A stretch of 64,000 bases of DNA from Bacteroidetes bacterium HLUCCA01. GTDB lineage: Bacteria > Bacteroidota > Rhodothermia > Balneolales > HLUCCA01. Positions 36,145-47,189 of this stretch are shown one piece after another. Made by a program: the position numbers and the translations under genes. Within the stretch, counting starts at the first letter, position 1. The number at the start of each line of letters is the position of its first letter. The DNA is taken from positions 21,084 through 85,083 of the forward strand of contig LIHN01000018.1 of NCBI GenBank assembly GCA_001314545.1, written 5' to 3'. Below the pieces are notes generated by a model that saw only the letters and a program-made list of their open reading frames with translations, was not told the origin of the DNA and ran no database searches.

Positions 36145-36725
36145 AACCCCATATTGTGGTTCTGGCCTCCGGCTCAGGATCCAACTTCCAGGCCATTCTC
36201 AACGCCATTGATTCGGGCAGTCTCGATGCCTCTGTATCACATCTGATAGCCAGTAAACCCGGAATCGGAGCCATCCAAATTGCCTCAGGGGCCCGAATAC
36301 CCGTCAGCATCATGTCCGCACGCCTGTGTGGAAGCCCGGCTGAATTCGAAAAACAGCTTCTGCAGCTGCTTAAAGATCAAAATCCGGCCCTGATTGTTCT
36401 TGCCGGCTGGCTGCTCAAAATTCCGTCAGGGGTAATACAGCACTTCGAAGGCAAAATCATCAACATCCACCCATCGCTGCTTCCCGATTATGGCGGACAA
36501 GGATTTTATGGCATCCGTGTACACCAGGCTGTGATATCTGATCGACGCAGGATATCAGGATGCACGGTTCATCTGGTGACCGAAGAATTTGATGAGGGGC
36601 CTGTCATTGCCCGCAAACAGGTTCCCGTTTATCCAGAAGATTCCCCCGAAACACTGGCTACCAGAGTACTGGAACAGGAACATCAATTATTACCCGCAAC
36701 CATCCAAAAGCTTCTACATCCATGA
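36141..36725 (+). CDS. purN: Phosphoribosylglycinamide formyltransferase
   Basis: VLASGSGSNFQAI, INIHPSLLP, GCTVHLVTEEFDEGP. Confidence 0.96.
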   Translation: MKPHIVVLASGSGSNFQAILNAIDSGSLDASVSHLIASKPGIGAIQIASGARIPVSIMSARLCGSPAEFEKQLLQLLKDQNPALIVLAGWLLKIPSGVIQHFEGKIINIHPSLLPDYGGQGFYGIRVHQAVISDRRRISGCTVHLVTEEFDEGPVIARKQVPVYPEDSPETLATRVLEQEHQLLPATIQKLLHP

Positions 36726-38299
36726 CTACCGCTACCATTACGCCATTTTTCACAGAACCTGTCCGACTTAAAACCGCACTCCTTTCGGTTTCCGACAAAA
36801 CGGGGATTACTGAACTGGCCACAGCTCTCAGTGCAAACGGAGTACGGATACTCTCAACAGGTGGCACTTACAAAACGCTCACAGAAGCGGGAATAGCCGT
36901 CACGGAAGTTTCACAGGTAACCGGCTTTCCGGAATGCCTTGACGGTCGCGTGAAAACGCTGCACCCTGCCATTCACGCCGGTATTCTGGCCCGGGTCAGC
37001 CATGCAGCAGATAACCAGGCGTTACAGGATCTGGGCATAAGCCCTATCGAGCTGGTTGTAGTCAACCTGTATCCTTTTCGCCAGACCATAGCCCGTCCGG
37101 ACACAACATTCGAAAAAGCTGTTGAGTTTATTGACATCGGTGGTCCGACCATGGTGAGGGCCGCTGCCAAAAACTTTCCCCATGTTGGCATCCTGACCGA
37201 TCCGTCTCAGTATGGACCATTTATCAGTGAGCTTAGTCGTAACGGGGGTTCTATAACCTTTGAAACCCGAAAAGCCCTCGCGCGGGATGCATTTCAGCAC
37301 ACGGCCGATTATGACGCTCATATTGCCGGATACCTCACACAGGCCACCGGACAGCAGCCTCCCGCCCAGTTCAACACCTCACTCCCATTGGCACAATCGC
37401 TGCGCTACGGAGAAAATCCACATCAGAAGGCAGCAGTTTACGGTGAACAAACCAGCCACATAGACTGCTTCCACGGCAAACAACTCAGCTACAACAATTA
37501 CCTCGATACCGATGCCGCCCTGCAGATTATCCGTGAATTTCCGGCCGACACCCCGGCGTGCGTGATCGTAAAACATACCAACCCCTGTGGTGTAGCTGTT
37601 GGTAAAACACTCACAGAAGCCTGGGAAAGAGCATTTCAAACCGATAGCGTATCACCTTTTGGCGGCATTATTGCAGTTAACACTACCCTGGATGAGGCGG
37701 CGGCCCGCGCCATGGACGGCCTTTTCACCGAAATCATCATCGCGCCCGACTTCACCCCGCAGGCGGAGACGCTCCTGCAGAAAAAATCGAACAGAAGACT
37801 TATCCGGGCAAAATTTGACCAGAATACCAGCGCAGCAAAACAAGTCCGCAGCCTGTTCGGAGGTCTGCTGGTTCAGGATGCCGACACCGCAGGATTGGAT
37901 ACCGCCGACTGGAACGTCGTGACCCGTCGCAAGCCCACCACCCAGGAACACCTGGATATGGTCTTTTCCTGGCGAATCGTTCGTCACGTAAAATCCAATG
38001 CCATTGTTTTTGCCCGAAACGGACAAACCCTGGGTATTGGAAACGGTCAAACCAGTCGGGTGGATGCATCCGAACTGGCCGTGGCCAAGGCGATGAAAAA
38101 CAAACTGGATTTGAATGGTTCTGCGGTAGCGAGTGATGCTTTTTTCCCATTTGCTGATGGTGTAGAGGCCGCCGCACAAGCCGGTGCAACGGCTATTATC
38201 CAGCCCGGAGGCAGTGTTCGTGATCAGGAGGTCATTGATGCGGCAGACCAACTGGGGCTTACTATGATTTTTACCGGAATCCGGCATTTCAGGCACTGA
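36722..38299 (+). CDS. purH: Bifunctional AICAR transformylase/IMP cyclohydrolase
   Basis: [53 protein letters not shown]. Confidence 0.98.
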   Translation: MTTATITPFFTEPVRLKTALLSVSDKTGITELATALSANGVRILSTGGTYKTLTEAGIAVTEVSQVTGFPECLDGRVKTLHPAIHAGILARVSHAADNQALQDLGISPIELVVVNLYPFRQTIARPDTTFEKAVEFIDIGGPTMVRAAAKNFPHVGILTDPSQYGPFISELSRNGGSITFETRKALARDAFQHTADYDAHIAGYLTQATGQQPPAQFNTSLPLAQSLRYGENPHQKAAVYGEQTSHIDCFHGKQLSYNNYLDTDAALQIIREFPADTPACVIVKHTNPCGVAVGKTLTEAWERAFQTDSVSPFGGIIAVNTTLDEAAARAMDGLFTEIIIAPDFTPQAETLLQKKSNRRLIRAKFDQNTSAAKQVRSLFGGLLVQDADTAGLDTADWNVVTRRKPTTQEHLDMVFSWRIVRHVKSNAIVFARNGQTLGIGNGQTSRVDASELAVAKAMKNKLDLNGSAVASDAFFPFADGVEAAAQAGATAIIQPGGSVRDQEVIDAADQLGLTMIFTGIRHFRH

Positions 38300-38393
38300 A
38301 AAAAGCAAGATTTAACATTCGCAAGTGCATCAACAAAATTGTAAATTATTACCTTGTATTAACTATTTTTTTATCGCCCCATAAAACGCCGAC

Positions 38394-39449
38394 ATGCCCA
38401 ACAGTACTGAATTGAATTCACGAAAAAGAAACAGCCCGAGCGGACTGCTCGACTGGTTATACACCGATATTGCAATTGATTTAGGTACTGCAAATACATT
38501 GATTTACGCAAAGGGACAGGGTATTGTACTGAATGAGCCCTCCATCGTAGCACTTAATTCCCAAAATCAGGCAGTAGCCGTTGGTCACGAAGCACGGCTG
38601 ATGCACGAAAAAACACACAAAGACATCCGTACAGTTCGTCCGTTGCGTGACGGTGTGATAGCCGATTTCGAGGTAGCTGAGCTTATGATCCGGGGCATGA
38701 TCAAAAAAGTCAAACTGAAATGGTTTTCATCCACCCGCAAAATGGTCGTCTGCGTGCCCAGCGGTATCACCGAGGTTGAAAAACGCGCCGTACGCGACAG
38801 TGCCGAACGGGCCGGAGCCAAAGATGTTTACCTGGTAGACGAGCCCATGGCTGCAGCCATTGGTATCGGGTTGAATGTACATGAACCCGTAGGTAATATG
38901 ATTGTTGATATCGGCGGGGGTACTACTGAAATCGCCGTCATCGCACTGTCTGGTATCGTTTATTCTCAGTCGGTCCGACTGGGCGGGGATGAGCTCAACG
39001 ACGATATCATCAACTATTTCCGTCGAAACCATAATCTGCTGATTGGTGAGCGCACAGCCGAACAGGTCAAGTGCATGATCGGTTCTGCAGCTCCGCTGGA
39101 TGAAGAAATTGAAATCCAGACTAAAGGTCGTGATCTGGTTAACGGTGTACCTAGAATACGAACCGTCTCCAGCGTTGAGGTACGCGAAGCCATTGCTGAG
39201 TCTGTCAACACCATTATCGAATCGGTCAACCAGAGTCTGGAGCAGACGCCACCTGAACTCTCGGCCGATATTCTGGACCGTGGCATCATGCTCACGGGTG
39301 GGGGCGCCCTGCTCAAAAACCTTGACAAGCTCATCCGGGACACTACAGATCTGCCTGTCCATATTGCCGAAGACCCCCTGACAGCAGTGGTACGGGGCAC
39401 CGGCGATGTTCTGGAAAACCTAAACTACTACCGCTCTGTAATCAGCTAA
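38394..39449 (+). CDS. mreB: Rod shape-determining protein MreB
   Basis: IAIDLGTANT, RPLRDGVIADF, DIGGGTTE, LTGGGALL. Confidence 0.98.
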   Translation: MPNSTELNSRKRNSPSGLLDWLYTDIAIDLGTANTLIYAKGQGIVLNEPSIVALNSQNQAVAVGHEARLMHEKTHKDIRTVRPLRDGVIADFEVAELMIRGMIKKVKLKWFSSTRKMVVCVPSGITEVEKRAVRDSAERAGAKDVYLVDEPMAAAIGIGLNVHEPVGNMIVDIGGGTTEIAVIALSGIVYSQSVRLGGDELNDDIINYFRRNHNLLIGERTAEQVKCMIGSAAPLDEEIEIQTKGRDLVNGVPRIRTVSSVEVREAIAESVNTIIESVNQSLEQTPPELSADILDRGIMLTGGGALLKNLDKLIRDTTDLPVHIAEDPLTAVVRGTGDVLENLNYYRSVIS

Positions 39450-39465
39450 AGGGAATTCGCCGCGA

Positions 39466-40308
39466 ATGCCGTTCCTCCTGGGAAAACTTGAGAATGCACG
39501 AGATCACATACTCACCGCAATATTTCTGGTAACTGCCATTGCCCTGATGGTGGCACGTCACGACGGTGGACTTCAACATACCCGGATTATGGCCATGACG
39601 GCCCTGAGCTACATGGAAAAGCCCCTGGCTTCCGTGCGCGTCTATCGCACCGCCCTGCAAACCAATCAGGAACTCCAACGCGAAAACATTCGACTGCGCG
39701 ATGAACTCAGCCGGCTACGTTCAGCCAACGAAGAAATTACCCAGCTCAGAAGTCTCCTGAATTTCCGCGATAACGGCGCTCCGGAGTATCCCCTGCTTTC
39801 GGCACGTATAACCGGGAAAAGTCTGACCGGACTACGAAATATGCTTACGGTTGACCGTGGAAGCTCACACGGTGTTCAAACGGGCATGCCTCTGGTCAAT
39901 GCCAGTGGCCTGATCGGACGTGTTGTCATCGCCGGGTCATCGTACGCCCAGGTTATGCCGTTGCACAACAATCTGTTCCGGGCCAGCGCACGGATACAAG
40001 GCTCCCGATCCTACGGCATGATTTCCTGGAATGGCAGCGATGATACCCTCATTTTGAACTACGTCCCCCAGACCGTCCGCGTTGAACCAGGGATGATTGT
40101 AGAAACAAGCGGACTGAGCAACACCTTTCCGGCCAACATCCCCATAGGGACCATCACCGGAAGCCAGCCGGAACCGGGTCGTGATACTCAGATAATATTC
40201 GTTGAACCTTTTGTTAATCTGAATAGTCTGACCGAGGCATTTCTTATTTTGTATCAACCCAGTACGGAAGTTGACAGCCTGGTTCAGGAGTATGAGGTGC
40301 TCTTCTGA
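39466..40308 (+). CDS. mreC: Rod shape-determining protein MreC
   Basis: N-terminal TM, coiled coil, VDRGSSHGVQTGMP, ETSGLSNTFPANIPIG; operon position. Confidence 0.93.
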   Translation: MPFLLGKLENARDHILTAIFLVTAIALMVARHDGGLQHTRIMAMTALSYMEKPLASVRVYRTALQTNQELQRENIRLRDELSRLRSANEEITQLRSLLNFRDNGAPEYPLLSARITGKSLTGLRNMLTVDRGSSHGVQTGMPLVNASGLIGRVVIAGSSYAQVMPLHNNLFRASARIQGSRSYGMISWNGSDDTLILNYVPQTVRVEPGMIVETSGLSNTFPANIPIGTITGSQPEPGRDTQIIFVEPFVNLNSLTEAFLILYQPSTEVDSLVQEYEVLF

Positions 40309-40784
40309 TGCGGACCAGTATCTTCAAGTATTTAATCACCGGAATCCTGTTGCTCATAGGGCAGGTCATTATTTTCAGGCACCTTCAGATTTTTGGCAGT
40401 GAACCGGATATGGTTTTCATCTTTGTTTTGTTCTTTGCCCACTACTTCGACCGCACCCGAAGCCTGATTATAGCTGCTGTTTTCGGACTGGCATACGACG
40501 CCTTTCTGGATTTGTGGGGGCTTCATATGTTTGCTAAGGTTCTGACTGTAATGCTCTTCTACCAGCTTATACCAAGACCGGAAGAATCAAAACCGCAGGC
40601 CGCCCAGGTTCTGCTGATTATGCTGGTACTGACTTTTTTTCATAACGGTGTATTCCTGGGAGTTTCAGCTTTTGTTCAAAGCCTTTCTACAATGGCACAT
40701 TTTTGGGAAATTCTGATAGGAAACACCGTTTTTACAACAATTGTTGGCACATTTCTTTACTTTTTCAAGTCCGAACAAAATTAG
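40308..40784 (+). CDS. mreD: Rod shape-determining protein MreD
   Basis: Small polytopic membrane protein (EPD, FGLAYD, GLHMFA) between mreC and mrdA. Confidence 0.88.
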   Translation: MRTSIFKYLITGILLLIGQVIIFRHLQIFGSEPDMVFIFVLFFAHYFDRTRSLIIAAVFGLAYDAFLDLWGLHMFAKVLTVMLFYQLIPRPEESKPQAAQVLLIMLVLTFFHNGVFLGVSAFVQSLSTMAHFWEILIGNTVFTTIVGTFLYFFKSEQN

Positions 40785-40804
40785 GCCGGCCCACCACTAC
40801 GTAC

Positions 40805-42637
40805 ATGACCCATCCTGAAAGCTCCCGCAGGTTACGAACGTCACTCCGCATCATCCAGGTTATCATCGCCCTGGTATTTGTACTCTTCCTGGGTCGACTG
40901 GTTCAACTCACTGTATTTGAATATGATACGTACAATCCCATATCGGAGCGTAACAGTATCCGCCGGGAAACCGTGAATCCCTCCCGCGGACTGATTTACG
41001 ACAGGAACGGGGTTTTGCTTGTTGAGAATACCCCGATTTTCAGCATCTATGTTACACCAACTGACTTCGACAGAAGCAATATTCCCCTGCTTGCAAGCCT
41101 TATGGAAACGAGTGAGGAAAACATTCAGGATGCCCTTCAGCAAGCCCAAAATTTTTCCTGGCATCGTCCATCACGTTTGTTTTCAGAAGTTGAATTCGAT
41201 GTTTTTTCGCGTATTGAAGAAAATATCTGGCGCTTGCCGGGTATTACGCATCAGATTGAAAGTAAACGGGTTTACCCCGCCAATGTAAAAGCAGCCCACG
41301 TACTCGGATATCTTCGTGAAGTCAGTGATGCAGACTTCCGTACCACAAATATCTATCGCCTCGGCGACAAAGCGGGGCGAACCGGCATTGAAAGAACCTA
41401 TGAATCGTATCTGCGCGGGGAAACCGGTGTCCAGCTTCGACGTGTCAATGCGTTCGGACAAGGTATCGGAAACTATAGCGAGGGTATATTGGATCTGGCA
41501 CCCGTAAAAGGTGCGAATCTCGAGGTTACCCTGGACGCCGACCTTCAGCGTATTGCCGAACAACTGATGGTGGGCAAAACCGGTGGTTTGGTCGCACTGG
41601 ACCCCAACAACGGAGAAATCCTGGCCCTGGTCAGCTCACCGGATTTCGACATCGCCCGCATGTCGGGCCGGGTCGATCCGGAATATCTTGCCTATGTGAC
41701 CAGCGACAGTACACGACCAATGTTCAACAGAGCTATTGCCACCCGACAGCCACCCGGCTCTACCTTTAAGCCCATCATGGGACTCCTCGGTCTGCGTACC
41801 GGTCTTATAACACCTGAAACCACCATTTTCTGTAATGGGGGTTACGTACGTGGCAGGCTGTACCGGTGTACTGCCATACATGGAAACCAGGATCTGGAGG
41901 AAGCCATCATGAATTCATGTAATACCTACTTCTTTCACATGATGAACCGGGTTGCCAATACCATCGGACTCAATGAGTGGCATCGACTTATCCGTGAAAT
42001 GGGACTTGGCAGAATTAACGGAATTGATATACCATCGGAGCAGGCGGGCATTTTACCTGACAGTACCCAGATGGACCGGATTTTTGGAGTACGTCAATGG
42101 GGCCTGGGTGATCAGATTAACCTGGGTGTGGGCCAGGGTGTGGTATCGGCCACCCCGCTACAAATGGCCTTGTCAACTGCTGAGATAGCCAATGGCGGTT
42201 ACTGGGTTCAGCCACATCTTGTACGGGCTATACACTATGATAGCGGTGAAACGGAGTTCGCAAATCCCGGCAGGCAACGTATTGAATGGATCCGTGATGA
42301 AGACCTGGAACCGGTTCGGGCAGGAATGCGGAGAGCTGTGACCGAGGGAAGCGGACGGTTTTATGCGAATCTCGCCTCGGTACCCACGGCTGGCAAAACC
42401 GGGACGGCACAAAATCCGCACGGACGCGATCACGGCTGGTTCATAGCCTATGCACCTTATGATAATCCACAAATAGCTGTCGCAGTTATCATTGAAAATG
42501 GAGGTTTTGGGTCTGTATCAGCCGCACCCGTGGCGTCCCTGCTGATTGAACAGTACATGAATGGAGAAATTCTACGATCCAATCTGTTTGATATGATGCT
42601 CAACTTTGTACCCCGAGACAGCGATATTGAACGATGA
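40805..42637 (+). CDS. mrdA: Penicillin-binding protein 2
   Basis: RGLIYDRNG, PGSTFK (SxxK), SCN, KTGTAQ; ATG at 40805 preferred. Confidence 0.95.
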   Translation: MTHPESSRRLRTSLRIIQVIIALVFVLFLGRLVQLTVFEYDTYNPISERNSIRRETVNPSRGLIYDRNGVLLVENTPIFSIYVTPTDFDRSNIPLLASLMETSEENIQDALQQAQNFSWHRPSRLFSEVEFDVFSRIEENIWRLPGITHQIESKRVYPANVKAAHVLGYLREVSDADFRTTNIYRLGDKAGRTGIERTYESYLRGETGVQLRRVNAFGQGIGNYSEGILDLAPVKGANLEVTLDADLQRIAEQLMVGKTGGLVALDPNNGEILALVSSPDFDIARMSGRVDPEYLAYVTSDSTRPMFNRAIATRQPPGSTFKPIMGLLGLRTGLITPETTIFCNGGYVRGRLYRCTAIHGNQDLEEAIMNSCNTYFFHMMNRVANTIGLNEWHRLIREMGLGRINGIDIPSEQAGILPDSTQMDRIFGVRQWGLGDQINLGVGQGVVSATPLQMALSTAEIANGGYWVQPHLVRAIHYDSGETEFANPGRQRIEWIRDEDLEPVRAGMRRAVTEGSGRFYANLASVPTAGKTGTAQNPHGRDHGWFIAYAPYDNPQIAVAVIIENGGFGSVSAAPVASLLIEQYMNGEILRSNLFDMMLNFVPRDSDIER

Positions 42638-43890
42638 ACAAGACCTGGTACAAAGAATTTGACTGGTTAACCATCCTGATCTGGATGAGCATTACGGCAT
42701 TCGGTCTGGCGGGTATTTATTCGGCTACTCTTGGACCGGTATCCCAGTTTCTGCCAGCCCATATCCAGGATAATTTCGCCCGACAACTAACCTGGGTCAC
42801 GCTATCTGTGATTGTGATTGTTTTTATACAGTTCACATCGCCACGCAGTTTTCAGCAGCTGGCGTATCTGATTTACGCGATAGCCCTTCTGCTGACGGTA
42901 AGTACGCTGTTTTTCGGTGTCGAGGTTAACGGAGCGCGAAGCTGGCTGCAGCTCGGCGGCGTGAGGTTTCAGACCTCCGAAATCATGAAAATTGCCACGG
43001 TTCTTGCCGTAGCCAATTACCTGACTTCCCGAAGAAACATCGAGGCAGTGAATCTGAAATCGGCTATTATCGCCACCTTCATGATCCTCATGCCGGTAAT
43101 CATCATCATGCTGCAGAATGATACGGGTTCGGCTCTGATATTCATCCCGCTGATACCGGTTATGCTGTTCCTTTCCGGACTTCCCTACGGTATAGCCCTT
43201 TTTATGATTTCACCGGCTATCATCGGGTATCTGAGTATCATCGACTGGCAGTATGGTGTCATTGCAACCCTCGTACTGACCGTTGTAATCTATTTGCTGC
43301 AGAAACGTCCGTGGTTAGGGCTGACCAGCCTGGTCTTCGGGCTCCTGCTCGTTGTTTCGGTAAACTTTGCCCTGACCGAAATCTTGCAACCGCACCAGCA
43401 AAATCGCATCGAAGCGTTTGTCAACCCGTTTCAGGATCCACAAGGGGCAGGATGGAACATCATTCAGGCCAAAACAGCTATCAGCTCAGGTGGAATTTAC
43501 GGCAAGGGATTTATGCAGGGAACGCAAACCCAACTGCGATTTTTACCCGAACAATGGACCGATTTCATCTTCTGTGTCATAGCTGAAGATTTCGGTCTGG
43601 TTGGCGGTTCGCTGGCAATTATGGCCATGCTGCTGCTGCTTATGCGACAGCTGAGTAATGCCGTAAGTATCAAAACCCCCTTCGCACAACTCGTCATTGT
43701 GGGCGTAGTCACGATTCTGTTTACCCATATACTGGTCAATCTGGGCAGTGCGATGGGAGTGGTTCCGGTTATTGGGGTACCCCTGCCATTTGTAAGCTAC
43801 GGAGGCAGTTCTTTCTTGTCGAACAGCATTATGCTGGCGGTATGCCTGAACTTGCATTTCAGGCAGCGGGAAATGAGCTTGTTTGCCTGA
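42634..43890 (+). CDS. rodA: Peptidoglycan glycosyltransferase RodA (SEDS family)
   Basis: GARSW, FQTSEIMK, QNDTGSA, LPEQWTDFIF, PLPFVSYGGSS. Confidence 0.96.
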   Translation: MNKTWYKEFDWLTILIWMSITAFGLAGIYSATLGPVSQFLPAHIQDNFARQLTWVTLSVIVIVFIQFTSPRSFQQLAYLIYAIALLLTVSTLFFGVEVNGARSWLQLGGVRFQTSEIMKIATVLAVANYLTSRRNIEAVNLKSAIIATFMILMPVIIIMLQNDTGSALIFIPLIPVMLFLSGLPYGIALFMISPAIIGYLSIIDWQYGVIATLVLTVVIYLLQKRPWLGLTSLVFGLLLVVSVNFALTEILQPHQQNRIEAFVNPFQDPQGAGWNIIQAKTAISSGGIYGKGFMQGTQTQLRFLPEQWTDFIFCVIAEDFGLVGGSLAIMAMLLLLMRQLSNAVSIKTPFAQLVIVGVVTILFTHILVNLGSAMGVVPVIGVPLPFVSYGGSSFLSNSIMLAVCLNLHFRQREMSLFA

Positions 43891-44021
43891 TTGGTGATAC
43901 CTGGCCGGATTGTGCGCTTCACCACTCAACACCATGTGTACCAGCCGGCTGCCAAAAACCGGATTGGGGATATAAAGGATGTACTGACCTTGCTGAAATA
44001 ACCGCTGATTTTATTGGAGGT

Positions 44022-44675
44022 TCAGGACAAGCCGTTCGACCGATCTTTATCCGGGTATTCCAATGATGTCCGCAGCTTGAACGACCTTCGGTGCAGGGGT
44101 GTAATGCCGTGACAAGCCAGCGCATCGTAATGCTCGCGGGTCGGGTACCCCACGTTCCGATCCCAGCCAAACTCCGGATACGAAGTATGCAAGGCAGTCA
44201 TCAACTCATCCCGGTAAACTTTAGCCAGGATGGAGGCAGCAGCTATGCTCACACATCGGCTGTCGCCCTTGACCACACACTGATGAGGTAGCAGCACGGG
44301 CAGGTATCGGTTCCCATCCACCAGCAGGTAGTCGGGTTGAGCACCGGTCGCTGAGGCACACCTGTCCATCGCCCTGAGTGATGCCCATAAAATATTGTAT
44401 TCATCGATTTCGGCCGGCGAGCAAACCTGAATGGTCCAGTAAGTTGCGTGTGCTTTAATCTGTTCACTCAGCTGAAGCCGCTTTTTCAGGGAAACCTGCT
44501 TACTGTCGAAAATTCCGTCAGGGATCGTATCAGGGTCAAGGATCACTCCCGCAGCTACCACAGGTCCGGCCAGACACCCCCTTCCCACTTCATCCAGCCC
44601 CATAATCCGGGTGAATCCCTGCTCCCACAGAGGTTTTTCGAAGGCTTCAGGTGAAATAATTTTCTGTACTGCCAT
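44022..44675 (-). CDS. rnhB: Ribonuclease HII
   Basis: GLDEVGRGCLAGPV, VKGD, AASILAKV, HRRSF. Confidence 0.96.
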   Translation of the reverse strand: MAVQKIISPEAFEKPLWEQGFTRIMGLDEVGRGCLAGPVVAAGVILDPDTIPDGIFDSKQVSLKKRLQLSEQIKAHATYWTIQVCSPAEIDEYNILWASLRAMDRCASATGAQPDYLLVDGNRYLPVLLPHQCVVKGDSRCVSIAAASILAKVYRDELMTALHTSYPEFGWDRNVGYPTREHYDALACHGITPLHRRSFKLRTSLEYPDKDRSNGLS

Positions 44676-44756
44676 ACAAAAAAGTTAACTATTTAAATCG
44701 ACAACGCTGAAACGATGTTCAAACAATGTCTGTTTTTGGCAGAAACCAAGGAACAC

Positions 44757-45863
44757 ATGCATTTTCACTACTCCGCATTTGATCCGTCAAAAGCAGACGG
44801 AAAAAAACCAGCCTTCGACCGGCTCTTTGATATCTTCCAGCAATTGCTGATGATTGCCAGCGGCGATGTAGGACAGGCTTTGCGATGGCTGACCGAACTC
44901 GATAAAATCCACAATCTGGCCCCGAAGGACGATGGCTATGGATTGGGTAATTTCATAGAAGATCTGGAAGACCGCGGGTATCTCAAATACAATGAAGATA
45001 CCACCAAGGTGGAGATTACCGGAAAAACAGAGCGTTCTCTGCGGCAACGTTCGTTGGAAGAAATATTTAAAGGCCTGAAAAAAGGCGGGGATGGGAGCCA
45101 CAAAACCACGTATTCCGGTAAAGGCACGGAACGCGAGCCGGAAACCCGCAACTGGCAGTTCGGCGATGATATTACCCATATCGACAGTACCTCTACCCTG
45201 ATGAATGTGCTGCGACACAGTTCCATTGACCAGATGCAAATGCAGGAAGATGATCTGGAGGTCTATGAGACGGATCATCATACTTCAACCTCGACCATAC
45301 TGATGATTGATCTGAGCCACAGTATGATTTTGTATGGGGAAGACCGAATCACTCCGGCCAAGAAGGTTGCTATGGCCTTGTCGGAGCTGATCATGAATCA
45401 ATATGCCAAAGACTCCCTGGATATCATTGCTTTTGGAAACGATGCCTGGCCGGTCAGCGTCAAAGACCTGCCCTATCTGAAAGTTGGTCCGTTTCACACC
45501 AACACCCTGGCCGGACTTGAACTGGCAAGACACATGCTCCAGCGCAAAAAATTTGCCAATAAACAGATCTTCATGATCACAGACGGTAAACCCTCCGCTA
45601 TGTTTGAGGGAGGCCGTTTATATAAGAACAGCTTCGGATTGGACCGTAAAATTGTTAACCGTGTACTGGATGAAGCCGTGAAATGTCGCAGAGAACGCAT
45701 TACCATTACGACCTTCATGATTGCAAGTGATCCGTATTTACAAGGATTTGTCCGGGAATTGACCGAAGCAAATAAAGGTCGGGCCTATTACGCCAGCCTG
45801 GATGAGCTGGGAGGGTATATTTTTGAAGACTATATCCGCAACCGCCGCAAAAAGATGCTGTAA
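44757..45863 (+). CDS. von Willebrand factor A (MIDAS) domain protein
   Basis: MIDLSHSM (DxSxS), TNT, MITDGKPS; ATG at 44757 with AAGGA upstream. Confidence 0.85.
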   Translation: MHFHYSAFDPSKADGKKPAFDRLFDIFQQLLMIASGDVGQALRWLTELDKIHNLAPKDDGYGLGNFIEDLEDRGYLKYNEDTTKVEITGKTERSLRQRSLEEIFKGLKKGGDGSHKTTYSGKGTEREPETRNWQFGDDITHIDSTSTLMNVLRHSSIDQMQMQEDDLEVYETDHHTSTSTILMIDLSHSMILYGEDRITPAKKVAMALSELIMNQYAKDSLDIIAFGNDAWPVSVKDLPYLKVGPFHTNTLAGLELARHMLQRKKFANKQIFMITDGKPSAMFEGGRLYKNSFGLDRKIVNRVLDEAVKCRRERITITTFMIASDPYLQGFVRELTEANKGRAYYASLDELGGYIFEDYIRNRRKKML

Positions 45864-45961
45864 GCAGCCCTATCCCTTTAGAACGACCGATTAATTATAC
45901 GCTGTATGTTGCAACGCAGCATATTCCGTCCTTTTCACAGATCTGCGTCCCGTTTTCAGGC

Positions 45962-46000
45962 AAAAAAAAGGCCTGTCCGACCGAAGAAGCAGGACAGGCC
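45962..46000 (-). terminator. Intrinsic terminator ending the bamA-skp operon
   Basis: Minus strand GGCCTGTCC...GGACAGGCC followed by T8. Confidence 0.8.
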
Positions 46001-46028
46001 ATAGAAACAAAAGCCTCAGCTAAGCCGC

Positions 46029-46577
46029 TTAAAGCTCAAGTATATCGGCAACACGGGCCGTAATATCGTAGTTCTCCTGCATTTCAGGAGATGCATACAG
46101 AATAATGAAATCACCATTATTGGTCATGGTGTTCAGCACATAGGTTAATCCCAGCTCTGCTGCCACATCATTGATAGCAGTCTGAACCCGCTGAAGAAGT
46201 GGTCCCATCAGTTCAGCCTGTTGCTGCTGCAGTTCAACGGAGTAATTTTGTTCAAATTCCTGCAGTTCGACGTAGGCTTCAGTAAGCTGCTGCTCTTCAC
46301 GGGCTACGGCCTCGGCTGAAATAACGGATCGACGTGCCTCCAGGTTCTCTGACTGAGCCTGCAGATCTTCCTGCAAACTCATAAACTCACGACGCTTACG
46401 GTCGGCAAAGTTCTGCAACCGGCGCTCGATGGCTGCCATCTCCGGCATACGCATCAGAATGCTGTTCGGGTCAACGTAACCGATTTTCAGTTCGTCGGAC
46501 TGAGCCTGGCTTTCATTGGTATTCCAACCCAGCGTTACAGCAACAACGATAAGGCTAAGGAAAAGTATTTTTTTCAT
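46029..46577 (-). CDS. OmpH/Skp family periplasmic chaperone (third copy)
   Basis: Signal peptide; LKIGYVD..IL..MPE; coiled coil; I..VA.E.G..YVL. Confidence 0.88.
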   Translation of the reverse strand: MKKILFLSLIVVAVTLGWNTNESQAQSDELKIGYVDPNSILMRMPEMAAIERRLQNFADRKRREFMSLQEDLQAQSENLEARRSVISAEAVAREEQQLTEAYVELQEFEQNYSVELQQQQAELMGPLLQRVQTAINDVAAELGLTYVLNTMTNNGDFIILYASPEMQENYDITARVADILEL

Positions 46578-46598
46578 AATCTTTTGACTTTCAGGTAG

Positions 46599-47132
46599 TT
46601 ATTTAAGTTTGTCAGCAACTCTGCCGGTTATATTCAGTGTATTTTCACCCTCGGCGGAAATAAACAGAAGAATCATTTCGCCATCACTGGTCATCTCGTT
46701 AAGTACATAGGCCAATCCAAGCTCGGTTGCGACCTCTTCGATAGCCTGATCTATTGATTCCAGAACTGGCTGTAAAAGCTCCTGCTGGCGTCGTTGTACG
46801 TCCAGCTGCTGGGAGCGTACCAGTTCGGTAAGCTCTTCCTGTTCAACTTCCAGACTGGCCCTTTCGGTCTCAAGTTGGCTATCACTGATGGTTCCGGCCT
46901 CTACGCGTTCCTGAACTTCACGCACACGGGCGAGAAAAGCTTCTTCCCTGGCACTGAAATCAGCCTCTTTTTCCTCGATAAGTTCGGCGAGCTGCTGTTC
47001 AATAGCCTGTCTTTCGGGCAGCTGCTGGAGAACCTCCTGCGGATTAATATATCCGATGCGGATCTGCGCCCAGCTGCTGGTGACAGCGATCCCCAGCATC
47101 AGCACTGCCAGCATAGTAATCTTTCGTTTCAT
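46599..47132 (-). CDS. OmpH/Skp family periplasmic chaperone (second copy)
   Basis: Signal peptide from MKRKITML (ATG 47132); RIGYINPQEVLQQLPE; AIEEVATELGLAYVL. Confidence 0.88.
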   Translation of the reverse strand: MKRKITMLAVLMLGIAVTSSWAQIRIGYINPQEVLQQLPERQAIEQQLAELIEEKEADFSAREEAFLARVREVQERVEAGTISDSQLETERASLEVEQEELTELVRSQQLDVQRRQQELLQPVLESIDQAIEEVATELGLAYVLNEMTSDGEMILLFISAEGENTLNITGRVADKLK

Positions 47133-47189
47133 ATGTTTGGTTTTGGTGTTAAACGGTGTGGAAAATATCAACTAAACCGCAATTATGCT